In this document: positions 57,231-64,000 of the stretch, piece by piece
How the letters are laid out: each line of letters opens with the position of its first letter
Numbering within the stretch: the first letter of the stretch is position 1
Source of the DNA: an uncultured Bacteroidales bacterium
GTDB taxonomy: Bacteria > Bacteroidota > Bacteroidia > Bacteroidales > ML635J-15
NCBI GenBank assembly: GCA_964511665.1
Contig: CAZEHA010000003.1
Coordinates: forward strand, 45,880-109,879
Direction: 5' to 3'
Length of the DNA: 64,000 nucleotides
Program-made: the position numbers and the translations under genes
The notes under the pieces: model-generated
The model's database searches: none
Seen by the model: the letters and a program-made list of their open reading frames with translations, nothing else
What the model was told of the DNA's origin: nothing

Positions 57231-57275
57231 TATTCATTACGCATATAACCATATTCATACTAAAAAATTGTGCTG

Positions 57276-59426
57276 CTACTGTGGGTTTTTTGAATTCAAT
57301 TCGGGATATTCAATACGAGAATGATAAATATTCATCAGTTTTTCGATAAAGATTTCCTTAGCGATGGTAATATTTTTAAATGTAATATTTACGTTTTCAA
57401 ATTGTCCTTCGGCCACCTGTGTATCAACAATGCGATGTACCAATGCTTTTACAGTTTCCGGGTCGTATGTTTTGAGCGAACGTGAAGACGCTTCAACCGC
57501 ATCTGCCATCATTACCACCGCAGCTTCTATTGCTGTTGGCTTGGGACCCGGGTAGGTAAATAAGTCATTGTTTATTTCTTCGTCGGGATGTTGATTTGCC
57601 CAGCAATTATAAAAATAGCGGGTTACAGTAGTACCATGATGCGTACTGATAAACTCAACAATAGGTTTTGGCAAACGGTATTTGCGTGCCATTTCCTCCC
57701 CCCTTTTCACATGACTTATTATGATTGATGCACTTTGGTCGAATGCCATGCTGTTGTGTATATTTACGCCGTACTGGTTCTCGATGAAATACTGTGGAAT
57801 ACCTGCTTTTCCAATATCGTGATACAAGGCACCGGTACGCGCCAACAAAGCATTTCCTCCAATTTTTCGCACAACGCTCTCAGCCAAATTGGCGACCTGC
57901 ATCGAATGCTGAAATGTTCCAGGGGCTTTTTCTGAAAGCTCTTTGAGTGCAGCATTGTTGGTGTCGCTCAGTTCGAGTAATGACACATCCGACAAAAATC
58001 CAAAAACACGCTCGTAAATGTACAACATCGGGAACAATGTTAATAGCAGGAATGCATTACCACCAAACCATACAAAGTTGCTAATCGACAAATCGGCAAA
58101 ATTGCCTTCGCGTATAAGATGAAATCCGGAAAACGAAAACACATAAGAAATTAAAACCCACAATACCGATAAAAATAAATGGAAACGACGTTGCACCGAA
58201 CGGAGTGTGAATAAAACTATCATCCCTGCAACTATCTGTACAAAAATAAAACTAAAACTATCGGGAGCAAAAAATGAAACCATGAGAATAAGAATCCAAT
58301 AACTAACCAATGCAATGCGATTGTTGAAAAAAATATAAACCAATACCGGAAAAATCACATAAGGAATAAGAAAAATACTGATCTGCCACACCTGAACCAC
58401 AAAATGCGTAAGCAAAATCATCAACATCATCTGCATCACAATAAAACCAATTTGTTTTATTTGAAAAAGTACAGGTTTAAAATTAAAATAGAGATGCAGA
58501 TAATAAACGAGTAAAAGCAGGATTATCAACAAAGCGTAACCCACCGATACCCATGTATAATTTACACCTGCCGACTTTTGCCAGTACTCATTTTTCAGCG
58601 AAACCAGTATACGATACGTGTTCTCGTCAACTATCATCCCTCGTTGCACAATGAGCTCACCTTGCTGAATTAAGCCCTGCTGTGTTGCAATAGATTGATA
58701 TTGCTGATTGAGAAGTTGCAACGAAGTTTTACTATCGTAAATAAGATTGGGTTTAAAAAAGTTTATATCGCACAAGGTGTAGATGATAAACATTTCTATT
58801 GAATCGCTTTGAGAAAACGAATTGGCGGCAAATTGTTTAATCGTTTCGCTAAAGAAGTAAAAGGCTGAGTCGGGGTGTGAAATTTCGTTAATATTAACTA
58901 CTCCTTTGCTATATCCTGATTCAACTACAGTAATCTTTTCTGATCGCATTTGATGCCAACTCAGCGAAACATCAGCCACACCGCGATTATATATGTTATC
59001 GACAGTGCTGGCAATTTTTCCGGCAGTTATTTCCGAAAATCTACCCTGCCCAACATGCCCAAATAATAAACCGGCAGATTTGCCATGGGGTTGTTTATTG
59101 AATCCCGAAACATCGATAATGCTATCAAGATAATTAATGTATTTGATTGTAACATAGCCGGCAACAGAGGTATCGACAACATACAAGGGATAGAAACGCG
59201 CTTTAATACTATCGCGCTCTTGCTTGATTTCTTCGTTGGTTTTTTGAATGGTAAAGTCGAACGGAGCTATCAAATCTTCGTGCATCCAGGGACTTCCCTT
59301 CTTGAAATCAAACGAAAAATGAGGCTCCTTCGGAAAAACAAGAAACAATACAAACGCCAACATCACAAACAGAGCAATGCTAAAAACAATACGAAACCGT
59401 TGCCCTTTAAGGATGGATGTTGACAT
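57276..59426 (-). CDS. 7TM receptor with HD/HDIG phosphohydrolase domain (PgpH-like)
   Basis: 716 aa with an N-terminal extracytoplasmic domain, seven TM helices and a C-terminal HD domain (HSMQVANLAE...ALYHDIGK...HHG). Confidence 0.8.
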   Translation of the reverse strand: MSTSILKGQRFRIVFSIALFVMLAFVLFLVFPKEPHFSFDFKKGSPWMHEDLIAPFDFTIQKTNEEIKQERDSIKARFYPLYVVDTSVAGYVTIKYINYLDSIIDVSGFNKQPHGKSAGLLFGHVGQGRFSEITAGKIASTVDNIYNRGVADVSLSWHQMRSEKITVVESGYSKGVVNINEISHPDSAFYFFSETIKQFAANSFSQSDSIEMFIIYTLCDINFFKPNLIYDSKTSLQLLNQQYQSIATQQGLIQQGELIVQRGMIVDENTYRILVSLKNEYWQKSAGVNYTWVSVGYALLIILLLLVYYLHLYFNFKPVLFQIKQIGFIVMQMMLMILLTHFVVQVWQISIFLIPYVIFPVLVYIFFNNRIALVSYWILILMVSFFAPDSFSFIFVQIVAGMIVLFTLRSVQRRFHLFLSVLWVLISYVFSFSGFHLIREGNFADLSISNFVWFGGNAFLLLTLFPMLYIYERVFGFLSDVSLLELSDTNNAALKELSEKAPGTFQHSMQVANLAESVVRKIGGNALLARTGALYHDIGKAGIPQYFIENQYGVNIHNSMAFDQSASIIISHVKRGEEMARKYRLPKPIVEFISTHHGTTVTRYFYNCWANQHPDEEINNDLFTYPGPKPTAIEAAVVMMADAVEASSRSLKTYDPETVKALVHRIVDTQVAEGQFENVNITFKNITIAKEIFIEKLMNIYHSRIEYPELNSKNPQ

Positions 59427-59510
59427 AGAAAATTTTTGTTAAAAATAGAAAAAAATAAACAAATGAAAGCTGATATAGCAGAAGGAGAAAAAGAAGTTTA
59501 ATAACCGGTA

Positions 59511-60122
59511 TCACCACAATTTGTGCATATCAGAATTCTGTATGTTTTCGAGCCGGTAGTGGTACCCCCACATCAGACCGTGAAGCGGTTCTGTTGTAGG
59601 CTGAGCACCCGCCACACGATACAGGCTCAGATGCTTAAATTCGGTTAGTATTCGCTGCACTTCGGCAATGCGCTTTGTATATATCGTTTTATCGATACCA
59701 CTATTGCCGCCCCATGCACAAATTAGATGAGAAGTATTTTTCAATACCTGCCTGAAATACAAATCGTTATCGCTGCCAACTATATAATCGGTACCCCATT
59801 GCTTGTAGCAGGCTTGCACATCGCGGGCATCGGTGGCGCGAAGGGCAAAGATATTTAGAATAGTAAGCAAGCCTGCATCGGCGAAATGCCGATACACATA
59901 AGTCTCTACCTTGCGAATGGTAGCATCCGATTGCTTCACATCGGCAGAGCTTGGGTTTTTCAGTATCACCGTTACCCGATTGGTGTTATTACTTCGCAAC
60001 AACGATTGCTGATATCGCATCGACAATACATAACGATAGCGATAGTTTTCGGAAAAAACAGCTTCTATCGAACTCATTTCTATTTCGGAAAAATGAGGTA
60101 TTTGTCTGCCTATTCGGGTCAT
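59511..60122 (-). CDS. DUF1643 domain protein
   Basis: FSENYRYRYVLSMRY...VTVILKNPSSAD...ICAWGG...PLHGL matches the DUF1643 pattern (YRY.L.R.W / LNPS.AD / aWG / HPL). The start could instead be M16 (60077). Confidence 0.7.
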   Translation of the reverse strand: MTRIGRQIPHFSEIEMSSIEAVFSENYRYRYVLSMRYQQSLLRSNNTNRVTVILKNPSSADVKQSDATIRKVETYVYRHFADAGLLTILNIFALRATDARDVQACYKQWGTDYIVGSDNDLYFRQVLKNTSHLICAWGGNSGIDKTIYTKRIAEVQRILTEFKHLSLYRVAGAQPTTEPLHGLMWGYHYRLENIQNSDMHKLW

Positions 60123-60136
60123 AGTAATGTTTATTG

Positions 60137-60144
60137 CAAATCTA
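60137..60144 (-). promoter_or_regulatory. -7 box for the DUF1643 gene
   Basis: TAGATTTG on the minus strand, 14 nt upstream of ATG 60122 and 59 nt upstream of ATG 60077. Confidence 0.4.
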
Positions 60145-60192
60145 ATGATTTTGGCTTAACGGTATCTATTTGTTAGTGTAATATCTAAAACG

Positions 60193-60200
60193 TACTTTTG
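60193..60200 (+). promoter_or_regulatory. -7 box for rlmD
   Basis: TACTTTTG lies 21 nt upstream of ATG 60222. Confidence 0.5.
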
Positions 60201-60221
60201 CAGACATTACGAAACCGACAG

Positions 60222-61637
60222 ATGGGAAAAAACAAAAAACACGGCATACTGAATTCGGTTCTCATTACCGACATAGCCGACGAAGGGCTGGCAGTAGGCC
60301 GTCACAATAACATGGTGGTATTTGTAAAAAATGCTGTACCCGGCGATGTAGTCGATGTGCAGGTACGTCGTGCAAAAAGTAGTTTTTACGAAGGCGTTGC
60401 TGTTCACGTTGTAAAGGCATCGGAATATCGCGATACTCCATTCTGCAAACATTTTGGCGTTTGTGGAGGATGCAAATGGCAGCATCTGCGCTACGCTGTG
60501 CAACTGCAATTCAAACAGCAACAAATTATCAATCAGCTAACACGAATTGGCGGACTGGAGCTGCCCGAAGCAGAACCAATAATGGCATCGGACAATGATC
60601 GCTATTACCGTAATAAACTTGAGTACACTTTTTCTGACCGCAGGTGGTTCGAGCCGCACGAACCTATGCTCGAAGCCGGCGACCCGCTGGCCAATGGTGT
60701 TGGGTTTCATATACCCGGACTGTTCGATAAAATTGTTGACATCAAAGAATGCTTTTTGCAAGACGACACCGGTAACCGCATCAGAAATTTTATCAGAACA
60801 TATGCCCTCCACAACAAACTCAGCTTCTATAATATAAGAATGCAGCAGGGTTACCTTCGTAATTTGATACTAAGGAACAACCTGAATGGTGAGTTTATGC
60901 TGGTGCTTTGCGTTGCCGAAGACCGTGACGATGATACCCGATTGCTTTTGGAATGTATTCAAAAAGAATTCCCCGAGGTAACATCGCTACATTATGCACT
61001 GAATACTACAAAAAACGACAGTTTACATCACACCGAAGTAACACATTTTTCGGGAGCAACTGTTTTGTATGAACAATTGGGCGAACTGCGCTTTGCCATA
61101 AGTCCAAAATCGTTTTTTCAGACCAATACAGTGCAAGCAAATCGTATGTACAATAAAATCCTGGAGTTTTCGGGAGCAAAATCGGGAGATACCATCTACG
61201 ATTTATATACGGGAACCGGAACCATCGCCTTGTTTTTGGCTGCATCGTGCAAAAAAGTTATCGGAATTGAATACATAGAAGAAGCCATTCGTGATGCGCG
61301 CACCAATGCCGGTCTCAACAAAATTGAGAATACCCACTTTGTTGCCGGCGACATGAAAGATGTTCTCAACAATAGTTTTATCGACACCTGGGGCAAACCC
61401 GATATTATTGTTACCGATCCACCACGTGCCGGCATGCACCCCGGGGTGGTAGAAACCATTTTAAAACTAGATGCATCGCGCATTGTATATGTTAGTTGCA
61501 ATGCCGCTACACAAGCACGCGATATGCAAATGCTGCACCACCGCTACAAAATCGAAAAAATTCAGGCCATCGATATGTTTCCGCATACCCATCATGTTGA
61601 AAACATCGCCCTGTTGATACGTCGCACTACCGGGTAG
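60222..61637 (+). CDS. rlmD: 23S rRNA (uracil-C5)-methyltransferase RlmD/RumA family
   Basis: TRAM domain, Fe-S cysteines CKHFGVCGGCKWQH, the SAM motif DLYTGTGTI and the catalytic region VSCNAAT. I place the start at ATG 60222, with a TACTTTTG -7 box at 60193-60200. Confidence 0.85.
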   Translation: MGKNKKHGILNSVLITDIADEGLAVGRHNNMVVFVKNAVPGDVVDVQVRRAKSSFYEGVAVHVVKASEYRDTPFCKHFGVCGGCKWQHLRYAVQLQFKQQQIINQLTRIGGLELPEAEPIMASDNDRYYRNKLEYTFSDRRWFEPHEPMLEAGDPLANGVGFHIPGLFDKIVDIKECFLQDDTGNRIRNFIRTYALHNKLSFYNIRMQQGYLRNLILRNNLNGEFMLVLCVAEDRDDDTRLLLECIQKEFPEVTSLHYALNTTKNDSLHHTEVTHFSGATVLYEQLGELRFAISPKSFFQTNTVQANRMYNKILEFSGAKSGDTIYDLYTGTGTIALFLAASCKKVIGIEYIEEAIRDARTNAGLNKIENTHFVAGDMKDVLNNSFIDTWGKPDIIVTDPPRAGMHPGVVETILKLDASRIVYVSCNAATQARDMQMLHHRYKIEKIQAIDMFPHTHHVENIALLIRRTTG

Positions 61638-61638
61638 C

Positions 61639-63357
61639 CTACTTTCCGGTAGTGTACACGTTAACATATTTCGAATTGCACTGTAATGGACGGCAGTAAC
61701 CAATTATTGTATCGATATAATGAAAATCGGCAGTGTGCAACAATATAGTTGATTCGTGCATTTTTTTCGCATCGTACATATCAATTAAAACATAATAGCC
61801 CTCAGTTGAGCACAGATGCACCACCGCATCAATAATCCGTTGCTCCGAGCCAATGTATTCGGCAGCTTGCATCCAATCGAGCGGAAGCGGATTGCGGGTA
61901 TTGAGCATGGGGTAAAAAATAGCATTGTGCGGCAATACCACTATTCGATTGTTTGAATTGGGCAACGAGTCAACAAGCCTTACCAATTCGTCATAGTATG
62001 CGCATATATTGGCATTGCTCATCACATTACCAAAATTCGGGTGAATTTCTCCCATTTTACAATTCAGTTGATTAGCCGGCAAATCGCGATAATTAACCCT
62101 TCGTTGGCTCCATGTGCCCAGGATTAAAAAGAGCAGACCCGCAATGAACAACAGCCAATCTCCAAAAAAGGGCTTAACAACAATGGGTATTAAATGAACC
62201 ACCAGAGTAACAATTCCTGCCATGAGCAATCCGCATGCAAAAACCGGAGTATTATCGCCCAGCGAAATAGATGATATGTGTGCAATCATCAGAATAAAAA
62301 GAACATATCCCATCATCTGCGTCGAAGGTTTACGCAGCATCCATGCCAACAACAACAAATCTACAAGGCAAAAGAACAACTCGAAGGGCATACGGTAAAT
62401 ATTCAGAGGAACACGTAAAAAGTGTGAAACCACCATAGCCATAGCCCATGTTGCAACAAGCAAACAAACCAGAGTTAGGTGCTTGTTAAGTATTTTGAGT
62501 AAAGGAGCAACAAATCGCCGGGCTACCAAATTGACTCCAAAAAGAATCACAACAGAAATGTGCAATACACTGGCCGGGGAACTGATCAGCATTTTCATAT
62601 ATTTTAACACACCCGTTTCGAGCAATTCGGTGCGCCCACTCATCTGAACTAGAAAATCGGGCATGGCATTATAGTGTAACAGCACGGCTATATAGATTAA
62701 TGCCGGCCACCAAGCCATAATAACGATGAACAGAGCTGTACGTAATCGGAACAACAAAAAAAACTGCACAAGGGCAAGGCCCGACACAATCATGGCCGGT
62801 AACAGAAAACTTTGCCTCGACACAGCAGCAAGAACCAAAAACTGGATGGCTAAAAAAATGCGCAGCTTGATATTTTGAACCGAAAACCACACCAGAATTG
62901 CCAGCGACGACCAAAACACGGCGTCGATTGTTGTCCAGGGGAATAGATTATAGTTCAAAATACTAAGGCTAAACAGTAACATAAACAACCCCAGCTCCGA
63001 AGCCGTTTTGCGAAAACGATTTGTCAGCCTTCTCACTACAACAGTGCATGCCAATGCCATCAGCATAAATTGAAAAACCACAAACCAACGTCCCGATTCT
63101 ATAAGCGGCAGTGGCGAAATAAAATGCAATGTATGCAAACAACCACTTCCCACAGGTCTGATAGATACAAAATCGCGATGAGGTACTTCTCCGTGTACAA
63201 GCCGGTACGATTGCGCCACCACCACTCCTTCGTCGCTGGGGTTAAAGCCTTCGTTTCCGGTGTAGTTTATCAAGCGGAATAAGAGCATAATAAGCACTAT
63301 GCAAACAAAATAGGCAACAACACGTTTGTGTGTATGGCTATTCGCGATAAGTTTCAT
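61639..63357 (-). CDS. Polytopic membrane protein with a C-terminal soluble domain (possibly GT-C-like), function unknown
   Basis: 572 aa with at least 10 hydrophobic helices, an acidic first loop (NPSDEG) and a C-terminal non-membrane domain of about 170 aa. I recognise no family signature. Confidence 0.5.
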   Translation of the reverse strand: MKLIANSHTHKRVVAYFVCIVLIMLLFRLINYTGNEGFNPSDEGVVVAQSYRLVHGEVPHRDFVSIRPVGSGCLHTLHFISPLPLIESGRWFVVFQFMLMALACTVVVRRLTNRFRKTASELGLFMLLFSLSILNYNLFPWTTIDAVFWSSLAILVWFSVQNIKLRIFLAIQFLVLAAVSRQSFLLPAMIVSGLALVQFFLLFRLRTALFIVIMAWWPALIYIAVLLHYNAMPDFLVQMSGRTELLETGVLKYMKMLISSPASVLHISVVILFGVNLVARRFVAPLLKILNKHLTLVCLLVATWAMAMVVSHFLRVPLNIYRMPFELFFCLVDLLLLAWMLRKPSTQMMGYVLFILMIAHISSISLGDNTPVFACGLLMAGIVTLVVHLIPIVVKPFFGDWLLFIAGLLFLILGTWSQRRVNYRDLPANQLNCKMGEIHPNFGNVMSNANICAYYDELVRLVDSLPNSNNRIVVLPHNAIFYPMLNTRNPLPLDWMQAAEYIGSEQRIIDAVVHLCSTEGYYVLIDMYDAKKMHESTILLHTADFHYIDTIIGYCRPLQCNSKYVNVYTTGK

Positions 63358-63490
63358 TCTGTAAAAATAGTAATTTCGCGATAAGATTTTTAATAATGCA
63401 AACCATGGTGCATCTCAAACCAATAAAATGAGTTTTATGACTACAATAGCGACTAACTAGTTTAGTTTTGGTATAATTGGCAATCAAATT

Positions 63491-64000
63491 TTATTCGGTG
63501 TCGTCGAGTAATATTTCATCGTCGCCATTCATAAATTCTTTCGACCTTCCATGCGATTTCAACGCATTTTTATGCAGTTCGTAATATTGTTTACGGTTAC
63601 GGCAAATATCAACAGCCAGATATATGGCATTACGCATAGATGCTTCGGAGGCTTCGCCGGTGCCAACCAGTTCGTAGGCTGTACCATGTGCAGGCGATGT
63701 TCTAACTATCGGAAGGCCTGCTGTGAAATTTACCCCGTTTTCGAAGCTTAATGCTTTGAACGGAGCCAAGCCCTGATCGTGGTACATAGCCAGAACTGCA
63801 TCGAATTTGCCGTAATTGTCGGAGCCAAAAAACCCGTCGGCAGCATATGGTCCCAGAGCCATGATTTTTTTGTTTCGTGCCGTTTCAATGGCAGGAACGA
63901 TAATTTCGCTTTCTTCGCTACCGATCACACCCATATCGCCACAGTGAGGATTAAGACTAAGAACGGCAATGCGGGGTTTGGTAATGCCAAAATCGATTCG
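63491..64000 (-). CDS. pdxA: 4-hydroxythreonine-4-phosphate dehydrogenase PdxA (5' end cut by the window edge)
   Basis: ...KPRIAVLSLNPHCGDMGVIGSEE...AMYHDQGLAPFK...RTSPAHGTAYE. The reading frame stays open upstream of the track's Met through to position 64000. Confidence 0.9.
   Translation of the reverse strand, partial: RIDFGITKPRIAVLSLNPHCGDMGVIGSEESEIIVPAIETARNKKIMALGPYAADGFFGSDNYGKFDAVLAMYHDQGLAPFKALSFENGVNFTAGLPIVRTSPAHGTAYELVGTGEASEASMRNAIYLAVDICRNRKQYYELHKNALKSHGRSKEFMNGDDEILLDDTE

Noticed and set aside
63440-63470. The near-palindrome around AACTAGTT downstream of pdxA, considered as a terminator.
   Set aside because: Only 8 nt are self-complementary, the flanks mismatch and no U-tract follows, so it is not convincing.
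1-64000. I searched for rRNA, tRNA, tmRNA/RNase P-like structured RNAs, CRISPR arrays, transposases, integrases and phage genes.
   Set aside because: The window is almost fully covered by recognisable protein-coding genes. The few spacers longer than 100 bp (2301-2480, 18896-19234, 27557-27719, 37096-37280, 48137-48249, 54237-54343, 63358-63490) are AT-rich promoter-type DNA. They lack GC-rich helices, cloverleaf-compatible segments and regularly spaced repeats. I saw no recombinase-like ORF.

Overview
This is a gene-dense chromosomal segment of about 50 CDS. I found no rRNA, tRNA, CRISPR array, transposase, integrase or prophage signature. It comes from a Bacteroidota genome, probably class Bacteroidia. 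Three things support that: the porP-porK-porL-porM-porN gene order, Bacteroidota-type TAnnTTTG -7 promoter boxes, and the DUF4270/DUF4296/PorX families. GC is roughly 40-47% on the lines I sampled. The main recognisable machine is the type IX secretion / gliding core operon (12.6-18.9 kb), plus a separate porW(sprE)-porX-tsaE unit (31.7-36.5 kb). The remainder is mostly housekeeping: dprA, proline dehydrogenase, MlaFE-like ABC, manC, topA, PBP1A, radA, panCD, glmS, fumC, asnB, rlmD, pdxA and an ABC-F ATPase. The least explained items are: (1) a translationally coupled five-gene operon, PAP2 phosphatase / ArnT-PMT-like GT-C / radical SAM / GT-B / GT2 (3.3-8.3 kb), which looks like an uncharacterised envelope glycolipid or lipid A modification pathway; (2) a sharp drop in GC and CpG covering gldN and the 3' third of gldM; (3) a DUF4296 lipoprotein translationally coupled to MlaE/MlaF; (4) two tandem soluble PAS-rich hybrid histidine kinases with no HPt partner; (5) isolated DUF1643, DUF58 and GT-C-like membrane genes. 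All product calls rest on motif and architecture recognition in the supplied translations. No database search was run, and the composition figures are hand counts on sampled lines.
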